DNA from: Vicugna vicugna
Lineage: Eukaryota
Reading direction: 5' to 3'
NCBI GenBank assembly: GCA_013265495.1
Contig: MU057700.1
Location: 589,502-653,501, forward strand
DNA: 64,000 bases
The stretch's first letter is position 1. Each line of letters begins with the position of its first letter. Positions 1 to 11,969 of the stretch are shown here, piece after piece. The translations under genes were made by a program, and so were the position numbers. The notes under the pieces were generated by a model, which made no database searches, was not told the origin of the DNA, and saw only the letters and a list, made by a program, of their open reading frames with translations.

Positions 1-758
1 TTTTAAAAAAAATTTCTGAACATTCTATATATTTGTAATATTCTAAGGTCCTATTTTTGAATAAGATACTTTCCTCATTATATTTTCTTTTATGTTACTG
101 CATTTTACTTACTCAAGGAATCCATGATTATATTTTTTGTTAAAAACTCAGACCTTTCAGATAAAGTTAAATCCCCTTTTTGCCATTTATCTGCAACCCC
201 AGAGGGGGCAAGGTGTAGGTAGGTGTGGATGCCTCTAGACCTTTTTCTGCACCTGTGCATACACATTTGTATCCACAGATACACAGAATGTTGTTCTGCA
301 TGCCCGTGGGTGTGTGTGCATGTCTCTCATTCCATGTGCAGAACCAGAGCATGAGAGAAACAGCAGGAGGCCAATCTAAGCTCATCATAAACAGTTTTAT
401 TGACCATCTTGATAAAGGATGAGAAATGACAGCTCTGGATCATCATTAAACATAATGTGGCCTGTGACTTATATTCCCAGTTGGTGCAGCTGATTCAGGG
501 ACTGCTACACAACACTGCTAACAGTTACCATTTTTCCCCTCCTGGGACATGCATTGGGGTGTTGGGAAGCACACTGGGGGCACTGGGATCACAGGCTCCT
601 TACCCTCCCACCCATCTCCTCCCCCACTGCAGCTCAGTTTACTGAGTGGCACCAAAACCAGGCCTGGCATACCCATAGGTGCTCAGCGAATACTTGCCAA
701 GGGCATGGGATGAATCCAGGGGGACCCTTGGGAGAACAAGCAGCCTCTAGCCAGTGGC

Positions 759-900
759 ACCAGTCAGGGCCCCGGTGTGCTTCATCGGATAAAAGAAGGT
801 CTATTTGTAAAGGTAGGGGAGGTCAGAGAAGGTGTGAAGGGACAAAAGCAGGGCATGGTCATTGCTCTGGAGATGGGGCTTGACGGGAACTGGGCATTTG
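759..900. repeat. Segment A, source copy of a 142-bp duplication
   Basis: Identical by eye to 3414-3555 (accagtcagggcccc...aactgggcatttg). Confidence 0.95.
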
Positions 901-2500
901 GTAGAGGATGCCACCACCCATGGCAACCTGGTGATGAGAGTCAGGAGAAGAAAAGGTCACTCTCTGCTACCTGTTGGTGCCTCCTAATGTCTGAGCCTAG
1001 TGGGAGCCAGAGGCCAGGGAGCCTGCAGCGGGACAGAGGTACAGGGACAATGTGTGGTACTCACTCCTTGGAGCCATCCATGGTGTAGGAGGAGGTGGAG
1101 GGCCGGCTCTGTCTCTGAGCACTCCACATGCCCCCTATGGCAGGAGCATGCCCTTCTGATGCCTGGCTCAGAGGTTTAGCCACAGCCAGAGCCTGAGTAA
1201 AAGCAGGGTCTCGGAGGGTTTCCTATCAGCCACCTCAAGGCTCCCACCAGCCCCACCGCACTCCAGCAGCAGTAGCAGATGGAGTGCGTACCTGGGCATC
1301 TGGCCAGGTGCAAGAGGGCTAGGAAACTGAAGCGTACTCCTGTTCCTCTACAGCTGATGACCTCAACTGGTGACGTCATCGGGTTTGTCCTGCAGGTGGA
1401 GGGCTCCTGAAGTTCAAATAACTCACTGGGGAGGCGGGTGAAGGATGGCGTCAACTGTAGAGGCTGCGCCAGGAACGCTCCTGCTGGTGTGGAAGGGGCC
1501 CCGGCGGGAGGACAAAGCCTTGTGCAGCTGTCTGAGGTTGTGACCCCAGCTCTGAGCTCAGGAAGGGTTGTGCACAGCTGGGCTGCTTCTGAGTGTGTGA
1601 CTGAGGTAGGGGGTGGGTACCAGGCCCCGGCATGTGGGACTGCATGGAAACTGCAGGTAACATGTAGCTAGCCCTCCCCAGGTGCATCCTTTCAACAGAA
1701 AGACTGTGAAGGCACTTCCCTTTTTCAAAGAGGGAGGACCCTACCCCGACCTCGGTTATATTTGGGCTGGAGATCAGCCCCCACTTGTCTTCTGGTGCCT
1801 CCTTTCCACCTGCAGGCCGTTTCCTCCTCTGCTGCCTCCAACCTCTCCCCTCTACACCATCTTCCATGCAGGGGTCTCTGGAACAAAAGTCCAGATGCCA
1901 CTCAGAAACTGTCCTTGCTCCCTCTGCCTCTGAATAAAGTGCAGAGCAGGTGTAAGGGAGCCGAGGAGAGAGCTGGCCCCCCCAGGTGGCTCAAAGGACT
2001 CAAGTGTGTCCCTCCACCTCCCGCTGAGACCTATGCGGCCAGGCCTGGGAAGCCAGAGGTGGTGGCCTCTTCCTTCCCTCGTTGTTCCCGCCGGTGCCCA
2101 CAGCATCCTGAATGGAGGGGGATGAATGGGCTCTCATCTGACTGTAACGGGGATGGGAAGGAAATAAAAGACAATAAAATAAAGAAGCCATAAGGGGAGA
2201 GAGGAAGAGCCACCAAGGAGTCCTGATGTGTCCTCTGGTTTTGTCAGACCTGCTTTGGGCCACGCAGGGAGTACTAGAACACTGTGCGCTTCCCCATGTC
2301 TCTCTGATGGCGCTTCTCTGGCCATAGTCAGAGGGGTGACGCATGCTGCCTGGAGAAGGACTGTGGTGTGGGGCAAGGTCCCTGGAGTGAGTGGTGAGGA
2401 AACACCAGGCCAGTGTCAAAAGTGGGGACAAATCCCCTGCAGCCCCCTAGGCTGATGTGGGCCACATGGGGGCACCTGCCAGCTGCAGGATGCTCTGTGA
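901..2500. repeat. Segment B, first copy of a 1600-bp direct duplication
   Basis: Matches 4511-6110 at constant offset 3610; three substitutions seen (1251/4861, 1911/5521, 2032/5642). The ORF track repeats accordingly. Confidence 0.97.
1176..1650 (-). pseudogene. Putative decayed exon: SEA-module-like remnant plus frameshifted transmembrane-like segment (duplicated at 4786-5260)
   Basis: Acceptor ttacctgcag| at 1651; frame-switching translation gives LSSELG-HNLRQLHKAL, STVDAILHPPP, then QFPSPLAPGQMPRYALHLLLLLEC/AVGLVGAL. Needs stops and frameshifts; family call is inference. Confidence 0.3.
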
Positions 2501-2540
2501 AAGGACCCACCCTCCCCACCTCACTAACCTGTCCTCGCAC

Positions 2541-2650
2541 CTTTGGTGATGGAGAATTGGCAGACTATGGAGGTGATTAGACAGAACAAAATCCTGGATG
2601 CTGAGCAGCAGTGAGAGGGGAAGACGAAGGGCGTGGGGCCAGGGGTGAGT
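2541..2650 (-). pseudogene. Putative decayed exon (110 nt)
   Basis: Long pyrimidine tract plus cag acceptor at 2651 and AAG|gtgcga donor at 2540; one frame reads THPWPHALRLPLSLLLSIQDFVLS. Confidence 0.35.
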
Positions 2651-3099
2651 CTGGTGTTGGAGGGGAGGACAGGAGATCAGAGAACAAAAGCAAGGCCTAT
2701 GCCAGGAGCCCTTTTATCCATTTACAGAGAAGGGGTCAGGATTAGGATCCCGCTGGCAGAGGTCTTTCTTCTTTGAGCACAGCGGTTTGCCAAGGTGATA
2801 GGGCCTGCAGACTGAGGGGAGCTGACCCCTAAAAAGCAGTTCAGGGTCTTACGGGCTTAGGTCCCCGGAAGGAAGGAACCCTGGTGTGGCCCAGGCAGGA
2901 CAAACTGCTGCTGCTTCTCCCTCCTGGGAAAGGTGAGCCATGGCCAGAAAGAAAGGAAGCAGCAGGGATGGGGCCTCATTCAGGTGTCCTTTGTCCTGCT
3001 GCCTGACTCCAGGTACCCCGGCCCACTGGGTGGGGAGAGACCACCCAGTGACCAGCTGTCACCCCAGGGAGGTGGCCACGCTGACCACTAGTCACTCAC

Positions 3100-3232
3100 C
3101 TCCCCAGCATCCTGAGGGCCATTGTCCTGGAACAGGCTCTGCGCTCTCCCCTGATAACCCCATCACTCTCTCCCACCTTCCAACATCCCTGGAATGATCG
3201 CCCCTGGGAGGGGCAGTTCACAGGAGTGCATT
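3100..3232 (-). pseudogene. Putative decayed exon (133 nt)
   Basis: ctacag acceptor at 3233 and consensus GAG|gtgagt donor at 3099. Confidence 0.35.
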
Positions 3233-3279
3233 CTGTAGATCAGGGACCCATAAGGTCTGTTCATTACGTATATTGGAAA

Positions 3280-3570
3280 AGGCTGCACCTCACTCCCTTC
3301 TGCTGACTGCCAAATTTTCTTCTTAATTTCTAAGGTAGATTCACCAGATAAAAGGCTCTGACAAGTTCTGCAGCAAATGAATATGTAACGGGGGGGGGGG
3401 TGTCTTTCTGCAAACCAGTCAGGGCCCCGGTGTGCTTCATCGGATAAAAGAAGGTCTATTTGTAAAGGTAGGGGAGGTCAGAGAAGGTGTGAAGGGACAA
3501 AAGCAGGGCATGGTCATTGCTCTGGAGATGGGGCTTGACGGGAACTGGGCATTTGATTTGAGATGAACTA
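3280..3570. mobile_element. hAT-Charlie-type MITE relic (MER112-like) interrupted by segment A copy
   Basis: aaaggctctgacaagttctgcag...tttctgcaaac / atttg...gaac resembles the recalled consensus, with 3414-3555 in the middle. Confidence 0.45.
3414..3555. repeat. Segment A, second copy
   Basis: Identical to 759-900. Confidence 0.95.
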
Positions 3571-3859
3571 ACTAAAGTACAGGTCTATCATTTCTTCCTT
3601 CAGCACTCAGGTGCCTCCTTGGACCTGTCCTTTCAGCTCCAGACAGGCCCCCTTTGGCCTTTGTCATTCTTGCCTTGCTCCAGGATACATGTCCTTTGGT
3701 TCATCTGCCCTCCGGGCTGTCCTGAGCATGCCCCTGACCTCTCAGCCTGGGTTCATGCCCCTCTATGCCTTCCACTCACAGCGTGGCGTTCATGCAGTCT
3801 CTAAACACAGCACGTCTCCTATGCCTCCTTGCCCCTGTTCCAGCCCTTCTCCCAAGTGC

Positions 3860-4140
3860 CCACTCCCATCCCTTTTTCCATTCATCCAATTCTAACTCAT
3901 CATTGACCAACTCTCAAATGCTGCCTCTTCCATGAAGCCTTTCCTGATCTCAGTCAGGATGACTCACTCCAGATGGATATTGTTTCTTTACTACTCCCTT
4001 CTTGCCTTCAGCTGAGTACTCTGCATGTCCCCCAAAGACTAATCCTTGTGGGAGTGTTCCAGATCTGAGTTGACTCTGTATCCCTCCCCAACCCCATCCC
4101 CCAGGACCTTGCACAAGACTGTTCTAATAATATTTCTATC
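3860..4140 (+). mobile_element. L2 LINE 3' fragment
   Basis: ctcaaatgctgcctcttccatgaagcctttcctga motif and L2-like tail. Confidence 0.6.
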
Positions 4141-4462
4141 AAGCAGTCAGTAGATGTTGTAATCACTTCTCCCACCTACCTCTCTGTTTTGCCTCTAGGA
4201 AGAGCCCCAAGAGGCCAAGGGTTCCTTTTATGGGAGTTTCAGGATTGTGTGCAAATTTCCAGGAGTCATATATGTAAGAGTAATGAATGTTGCTGATTAA
4301 GCCTGGGGCTCCTTAGAATAACGCATTGAATGAAGCATGGAATTCAACCCTGAGATAAGCCATCCTAAAGGTACCAATGAGGCTGTACAGGGTCAACAGA
4401 GGCCGGGGACCCTGAGGGCCAGCACAGCGTGCTCCATGAGAGGCGGGCCCACATGAGGAAAT

Positions 4463-4508
4463 GGGGATGGGAAGGAAATAAAAGACAATAAAATAAAGAA
4501 GCCATAAG
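4463..4508. repeat. Segment C, 46-bp templated copy of 2149-2194 (also 5759-5804)
   Basis: ggggatgggaaggaaataaaagacaataaaataaagaagccataag occurs three times; this copy directly precedes the second B. Confidence 0.93.
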
Positions 4509-4510
4509 AG

Positions 4511-6110
4511 GTAGAGGATGCCACCACCCATGGCAACCTGGTGATGAGAGTCAGGAGAAGAAAAGGTCACTCTCTGCTACCTGTTGGTGCCTCCTAATGT
4601 CTGAGCCTAGTGGGAGCCAGAGGCCAGGGAGCCTGCAGCGGGACAGAGGTACAGGGACAATGTGTGGTACTCACTCCTTGGAGCCATCCATGGTGTAGGA
4701 GGAGGTGGAGGGCCGGCTCTGTCTCTGAGCACTCCACATGCCCCCTATGGCAGGAGCATGCCCTTCTGATGCCTGGCTCAGAGGTTTAGCCACAGCCAGA
4801 GCCTGAGTAAAAGCAGGGTCTCGGAGGGTTTCCTATCAGCCACCTCAAGGCTCCCACCAGTCCCACCGCACTCCAGCAGCAGTAGCAGATGGAGTGCGTA
4901 CCTGGGCATCTGGCCAGGTGCAAGAGGGCTAGGAAACTGAAGCGTACTCCTGTTCCTCTACAGCTGATGACCTCAACTGGTGACGTCATCGGGTTTGTCC
5001 TGCAGGTGGAGGGCTCCTGAAGTTCAAATAACTCACTGGGGAGGCGGGTGAAGGATGGCGTCAACTGTAGAGGCTGCGCCAGGAACGCTCCTGCTGGTGT
5101 GGAAGGGGCCCCGGCGGGAGGACAAAGCCTTGTGCAGCTGTCTGAGGTTGTGACCCCAGCTCTGAGCTCAGGAAGGGTTGTGCACAGCTGGGCTGCTTCT
5201 GAGTGTGTGACTGAGGTAGGGGGTGGGTACCAGGCCCCGGCATGTGGGACTGCATGGAAACTGCAGGTAACATGTAGCTAGCCCTCCCCAGGTGCATCCT
5301 TTCAACAGAAAGACTGTGAAGGCACTTCCCTTTTTCAAAGAGGGAGGACCCTACCCCGACCTCGGTTATATTTGGGCTGGAGATCAGCCCCCACTTGTCT
5401 TCTGGTGCCTCCTTTCCACCTGCAGGCCGTTTCCTCCTCTGCTGCCTCCAACCTCTCCCCTCTACACCATCTTCCATGCAGGGGTCTCTGGAACAAAAGT
5501 CCAGATGCCACTCAGAAACTATCCTTGCTCCCTCTGCCTCTGAATAAAGTGCAGAGCAGGTGTAAGGGAGCCGAGGAGAGAGCTGGCCCCCCCAGGTGGC
5601 TCAAAGGACTCAAGTGTGTCCCTCCACCTCCCGCTGAGACCCATGCGGCCAGGCCTGGGAAGCCAGAGGTGGTGGCCTCTTCCTTCCCTCGTTGTTCCCG
5701 CCGGTGCCCACAGCATCCTGAATGGAGGGGGATGAATGGGCTCTCATCTGACTGTAACGGGGATGGGAAGGAAATAAAAGACAATAAAATAAAGAAGCCA
5801 TAAGGGGAGAGAGGAAGAGCCACCAAGGAGTCCTGATGTGTCCTCTGGTTTTGTCAGACCTGCTTTGGGCCACGCAGGGAGTACTAGAACACTGTGCGCT
5901 TCCCCATGTCTCTCTGATGGCGCTTCTCTGGCCATAGTCAGAGGGGTGACGCATGCTGCCTGGAGAAGGACTGTGGTGTGGGGCAAGGTCCCTGGAGTGA
6001 GTGGTGAGGAAACACCAGGCCAGTGTCAAAAGTGGGGACAAATCCCCTGCAGCCCCCTAGGCTGATGTGGGCCACATGGGGGCACCTGCCAGCTGCAGGA
6101 TGCTCTGTGA
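4511..6110. repeat. Segment B, second copy
   Basis: Matches 901-2500 with three substitutions. Confidence 0.97.
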
Positions 6111-6675
6111 GAGAAGTGATGGAGGAGGAGAGGGCAGGAGAGGGCGGGGAGGAGGCTCCACCTCCACTCTCTCCCAACTATAAGCCCTGGTCACAAGCCC
6201 CAGCTGGCCCTCCCAGCAAAGCTGTGTGCATGCAGCCTCCCCTTTCCTGGGTGCATCTTTCTGAAAATGAGCTTATGAGCCCAGGGGTCAATCTAGACGC
6301 TTGTCCTTGAAGCAGCCACATCATTGACACCATGAGCTTGGCCCAACCTAGTCCCCTGGACCAGGATCTGGGTTTCCCCAGGAGCCCTGGGGGATCTATG
6401 GGCAAAGGTGTGAGAAAGGCCCATGTCAGGTGCTGTTCAGCCCACGTGACTTCTGCATTCATATGACATATGACACCTTGAGGTGCAACCCATCTTAAGT
6501 ATCTTGGTTCTCTGCCCTCCCCCAAACCCACCCATAGAATTTGGCTCTAAACCTGGAAGGAGGTCAGTGCTCAGCAAGGAATGAATAAAGCAAACGAAAT
6601 CAGGTAACCGGGCTCAGCACTCTCTTGAAGTCTTAGAAACTGTGCTCTCTCCGATCATAGGAAATCATAAGCCAC

Positions 6676-7230
6676 CTTCAGATATTTGCACTGGCGTCTC
6701 CACTTCAGGTCATCTGTCAGTGGAACCAGAGTTAAACAGCAGATTCTTCCTCACTCAACTAGAAGAAACAGTGGGGGTTGGTCTACCAGGGAGAAGAAAA
6801 TTTTGCTTCAGGGGCTTTAGAAACATTGCCAGACCAAGTGAATGCAGGCTGAGAGCTGCCAGCTATTGTCATGGTCCCATTATGCATACTGGGATTCTGA
6901 CCAGAAGCGTCACCCTCCAGAGAGGCAGCTGTTCTCGTCCGCAGGTGGAGTATCTGCCTGACATCACTGGAGCTGGAGGCAGACGGTCTCCTGGACAGCC
7001 AAGGACGAGGGCGGTGGCCTTCCAACAGAGCCACCTGCCACAGCCTGACAGATTGACGTAAGGAAGGTGGAAACGGTCTGTTCCTGGCCTTGTCCGACCA
7101 GCGGAGGAGGATTGAGAAATGTGTCTGGCATTGGTGCCGCAGGAGAATACATAAGCAGCCAACTTGCTTACTGGAAAAGGAATGAGCTAATCCGCCAAGC
7201 CAGCCTGAATCTTAATGGGAAGACCATGCA
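6676..7230 (-). pseudogene. Putative decayed exon with SEA-like motifs
   Basis: Across frames: VFPLRFRL ... GGSV ... RRPSASSSSDVRQIL; candidate donor AAG|gtggct near 6676. Interrupted by stops and frameshifts. Confidence 0.25.
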
Positions 7231-7571
7231 GTGGGGTGGGAAGGCTGGCAAAAGGGCCTGGTCTGTGCCCTGGGACTGGGGGGGGCCGAGTGCCTTCCAC
7301 TTCATGTCCTGCTCCGGGAGCCGCAGAGCGCCTTTGCAAGCAGCGATGGTTCTGAACATGATACTCTTTAAGCCAAGAGCCAACCTGGAGGAGTGAAATG
7401 CACCCAAGAAAAAATGAGGTTTAACGTGAGTGTGGTCAGCAGGAACCCAGACCATCATGACCTGGCCCACCTGCCACCCAAGAAATATTTGATAACAATG
7501 AAGCCCACCAATGTGCTTTGTGGAGAACACCCATCACTCTTTTTCCCTCTTTATACCAATTAATATGTATT

Positions 7572-8372
7572 AGTCAAAAATGGCCATCATTAAAAAGTCC
7601 ACAAATGATATATGCTGGAGAGGGTGTGGAGAAGAGGGAATCCTCCTACACCATTGGTGGTAATACAGTTTGGTGCAGTCATTATGGAAAACAGTATAGA
7701 GATTCCTCAAAAAACTAAAAATAGACTTACCATACGATCTAGCAATCCCACTCCTGGGCATATCTGGAGGGACCTCTAATTCGAAAAGATACATGCACAT
7801 CAATGTTCACAGCAGCACTGTTTACAATAGCCAAGCCATGGAAACAACCTAAATGTCCATCAGCAGATGACTGGATAAAAAAGTTGTGGTGTATATATAC
7901 AATGGAATACTACTCAGCCATTAAAAATAATGTCATTTGCAGCAGCATGGATGGACCTGGAGATCATCATTCTAAGTGAAGTAAGCCAGAAAGAGAAAGA
8001 AAAATACCATATGATGCCACTCATATGTGGAATCTAGGGGGAAAGAAAGAAAAAAGAGGACACTAATGAACTCATCTACAAAACAGAAACAGACTTGCAG
8101 ACATAGTAAACAATCTTATGGTTACTGGGAGAAAGAAAGTGGAAAGTGATATATTTGGGAGTTTGAGATTTGCAAATGATAACCACTATATATAAAAATA
8201 GATTTTAAAAAAATTCTTCTGTATAGCACAGGGAACTATATTCAATATCTTGTAATAATCTTCAATAAAAAAGAATATGAAAACAAATATCTGTATGTAT
8301 GACTGGGACATTGTGCTGTGCACCAGAAATCGACACATTGTAACTGACTGTACTTCAGTAAAATAAATAAGC
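7572..8372 (+). mobile_element. 5'-truncated LINE-1 (ORF2 C-terminus and 3'UTR)
   Basis: gatctagcaatcccactcctgggcatat, atggaatactactcagcc, A-rich end; similar to the 3' ends at 26.6-27.4 and 27.9-28.7 kb. Confidence 0.95.
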
Positions 8373-8444
8373 AAAAAGGAGAAATGGAAACCCCTCATCA
8401 TCCTGCACACAGACATTGAGAGTGAGTGAATGCTTCACTGCAGG

Positions 8445-8530
8445 GCACTCTGATTTCTGCGTTTCTGATAAGTTCCTGGATGATACAGAGGCTGTTGGTC
8501 CAGGGACCACACTTTGAGTAGCAAGGTCCT
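8445..8530. mobile_element. MER5A-like hAT MITE fragment
   Basis: tgttggtccagggaccacactttgagtagcaag terminus. Confidence 0.75.
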
Positions 8531-8589
8531 GTCAGATGTTTTAAAATATGCATGGATATACATTTTGTTCTAAAAAGTTTCCATAGTAT

Positions 8590-8960
8590 TTTTAACATGA
8601 TTCAATTTAAGAACTCAAATTTTAAGAACTTAAATATTTTGGACACATTTCTGTATCAAAAATATACTTCAACAATAAATTTTAGTGGCTACAGAGAATT
8701 CCATTGTTTATCAGTTCCAGAATTTATTCAACAAATCTCTTATTGTTAGACACATGTTTTTTTTTTCTACTACAAATAGCATTTGCCAAGATAAGTCTTG
8801 GGATAAACCTTATCAAACATCCTAAATTATTTCTTTAGAATTTCAATAAGTAAAAAACATGCATACTCTGAGAGCCTTCCATGAAGGTTACTAAACCACC
8901 CTCTGAAAAAGTTTACCAACAAACACAACCACCAGCAGTATAACAATCAATCCTGTTTAA
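8590..8960 (-). mobile_element. Old L1M fragment, antisense
   Basis: Degenerate antisense L1 3' region (ttccattgtttat..., tttaccaac...ccaccagcagtat). Confidence 0.5.
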
Positions 8961-9689
8961 AACAATTCTGCAGGGAAGGAAAAATCAGATGATGCCCTCA
9001 GGTTCCTGTCTCAGCTTTTGCTACATCAGGAAAGTCATACAATTTCCTAACAGGAAAGCACAGGCTCTCTCTCCCTCATTCACTTCACATTTATTCACCA
9101 CCTACTATGCAGTGAGGCCTTGTGACGGGCACCAGAGAGGTACAAACCCAATGCAGTCACCATCCAGAAAAGAACAAAGATCCCACAGAAATGGTCTGTT
9201 TTCCCTACTTTTCTCCAAATATTTATTTTCTTAGACAGTCCTACTGAGATGCTCTATCTGGTGCTTTAGATTTTTCCAATCAGTGACTTGAAGCCAAGCA
9301 GTGCCATGTCCTGCACACAGTCTCAGATCTCTAAGGAACCTTCCCTGTGGCTCGCCCACCCATGCTCCTTCACTCCCACCTAACCTCGTTGGTGCCCCCA
9401 ACAAGAGTGCCTCTCCATCCTTGCCTGTCTCCACCAGGTCAGATGTTCTGCTCCTCTGATTTCCTACATGCTTGGTTGGTGCATCTCACTGAGGTACCAG
9501 GCTGTGCTGGGGGTCAAGGAAGGAGGCTGTGCAAGGTGAGAGGAGGCTACCAAAGAGAGGGCTGGAGTGACCTGAGCCATGTCAATCTACTGGGATCTGG
9601 TGTGCACCATGCTGGTCCCAAGTGCCTCAGGACCCAAGTGCACTTGGAATGAATGGTCCAAGTCAGCCTATGCCACCTCCAATGCAAAG

Positions 9690-9858
9690 TGTCTAGGGTG
9701 ATGGAACATTTCCCTTGGGTATTACAGGGACTAGAAAGAGCAAGTCTGGGAGCAGAGGTTAAGGGAGTAATTTGGAACACAATAAATTTGAAGTGCCTCT
9801 GGGACAGCCCAATGGAGATGTTTGGTAGGAACTTGGACAAGTGAGTCTGGAAAAGTGG
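9690..9858 (-). mobile_element. L2 fragment
   Basis: aaatttgaagtgcctctgggacagcccaatggagatgtttggtagg...gagtctgg is antisense L2-like. Confidence 0.65.
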
Positions 9859-9863
9859 GTCAC

Positions 9864-10344
9864 AATGATGGTTAATTTTATGTGTCAACTTGACTGGGCT
9901 AAGGGATGCCCAGAGAGCTGGTAAAATATTGTTTCTGGGTGTGTCTGTGAGGGTGTTTCCAGAATAGATTATCATCTGAATTGGTCAACTGAGTGAAGCA
10001 GATGGCTCCTTCCATTGGGTGGGCTTCACCCAATCCACTGAGCACCCAAATAGAACAAAAAGGCAGAGGGAGGGTGACTTCAGTCTCTCCTTGAGCTAAG
10101 ACTTCTGTCTTCTCCTGCCCTGGGTCATTGGTGCTCCTGGTTCTCAGCTTTTGGAATCACATCAGAACTTGCACCCTCCCTGATTCTCAGGCCTTCAGAC
10201 TCAGACTGAATTCCACTACCAGCTTTTCTGTTCTCCACCTTGTAGATGGCAGATCATGGGATGTCTCTGCCTCCCAACTACATAAAACATATATAAATCC
10301 ATACCCTACTGGTTCTATTTATTTGGAGAACCCTGACTGATACA
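9864..10344 (+). mobile_element. MLT2 (ERVL) solo LTR
   Basis: tgatggttaattttatgtgtcaacttgactgggctaaggg...ggagaaccctgactgataca; imperfect 5-bp TSD gtcac/gtcat. Confidence 0.9.
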
Positions 10345-11074
10345 GTCATTTACCCTGAGTCCCAGTAGGGACCCAAGAGAAAGCTGGTCTAGGGGTCCCT
10401 GATGTCCAGATGCCTGCTGAAGCAGGAAGGGTAGGTGGACGCAACCCCAGGGCAGAGCAGCACCAGAGTGAAGAGGGCTGAACAGAAAACCCTGCTTCCC
10501 CCATCTCCCTGGGGGTCTCTGGGCATTCACTGGGCAGGTGGGCAGATGCTCGGGAGGAGAGATTGCAAAGGGGGGTCAGAAAAAGACAAGCAGACACACA
10601 GTGAGCAGCTGAAGGAGGAACATTGCCTTAAAAAGATCCATTAAAACTATAAATGCAGTTTCCTGTTGACCCACAAATCCACCTCCAAGAATCTGTCCTT
10701 CAAAACCACTTACACAAATGCTTGAATATGCTTACAAAAATATTCCTATTTTTTTGTAAGAGAGAAAAATTGGAGTCAACCCCAGTGCTTAAGGCAGCAC
10801 CTGGCATCCAAGAGCACTCCATACACCATTCATTTAATGAATGAATAGACTCAATTTCATTAATAGAACTATTGATTACCCAAATTATGGAAGATCAGTT
10901 CCAAGGGGCCTCCACTGACATAAAAAAAATTAAGTAGATTTACATTCAGAGGTGTTTATGATGTTCTATAAAGTGAAAAAAAAATCGCCAAATGCTTCTG
11001 ATCAACATGAACTCCTTTCTGAAAATACCCACATGTATAAATGTGTACATATGTCTATATATTATCCATTATCC

Positions 11075-11450
11075 ACTGACATTTACATGCAAGGGGTTTT
11101 TTGAGAGAGTGCTCTCAGGTGAAACTTTTAAGGGACTGCGAGAAGCAGGGCAGGGCAGGGAGAGAAGACAGGTAAGGTCATTGGCCCAGCGGAGGCCTCA
11201 CCTGATCCCACCAGGAGCATGAATGGCACCATGGAGCTGCTGCACCTCAAAGCAAGGGGCCAGACTTCTGTACCCGCATGATTCAGTCATTGGTTGGGGG
11301 CTGCCCCATGGGATGGGCATTGGCCTCCCAGACATGCTGGATGAGACAGACCATTTTGGCTCAGGGTGATTCTCCAGAAAAGGGTATAACTCTGAACCAT
11401 TAGCAGACGGGATGGGTGCACTGGTCAGATGAAGAAAATCTTCACAGCAC
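11075..11450 (-). mobile_element. Old MLT1 (MaLR) LTR fragment
   Basis: gagtgctctcagg...gaagcagggcagggcagggagagaag...cagtcattggttgggggctgccc pattern. Confidence 0.55.
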
Positions 11451-11477
11451 CAACAGTATCTAATAGAGATGTACAAA

Positions 11478-11504
11478 TGTGTGTGTGTGTGTGTGTGTGT
11501 GTGT
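11478..11504. repeat. (TG)n microsatellite
   Basis: Direct inspection. Confidence 0.95.
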
Positions 11505-11969
11505 CTTTGTGGGTGTACCGGAAAAAAACTGGAAGAATATCCCCCAAGGTATTGATAACAGATACCTCCAAAAATGGAAATGGGGATTGGAGGAGCGCTA
11601 TAAGAGAAGAAAATTTTATATTTCACTTAATATATTTCCGTATTAGTCGTATTTTCTTGCAATGAGCATGTATTACATTTGAATTAAAAAACAAAAGGAG
11701 GTTAGCCAGCAGAGTTAAAAGCTGCAGACAGGCCAAGCCACCTAAAAATGGAGAAGACCCTCTGTGGGTTCATCAGAAGAACCCTCTGACTGCAGGGTGC
11801 TTGGGATCCAGGAGCACTGGAGGGCCACAAAATAGGGCTATCAGTCAAGCAAAAGGTGTCAGTGAACAGGGTGGGTGGCCAGGAGCCGCACCTCCGGGCC
11901 AGGCAGGGACCCTTGGCCAAATCAGCCTGGGGCTGAGACTTCCCATCACATGTCACTGTCTGCACTCAC

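Noticed and set aside
1176..1454. PLAC/ADAMTS-like Cys pattern (SCRG...ARC...CYCC)
   Set aside because: Cys spacing is imperfect and no TSP1 or metalloprotease exons are seen; another frame gives a TM-like reading.
2541..7162. Dystroglycan-like or KIAA1549-like reading of the exon relics
   Set aside because: Only loose motif resemblance and no cadherin-like domain found; less consistent than the SEA reading, though not excluded without a search.
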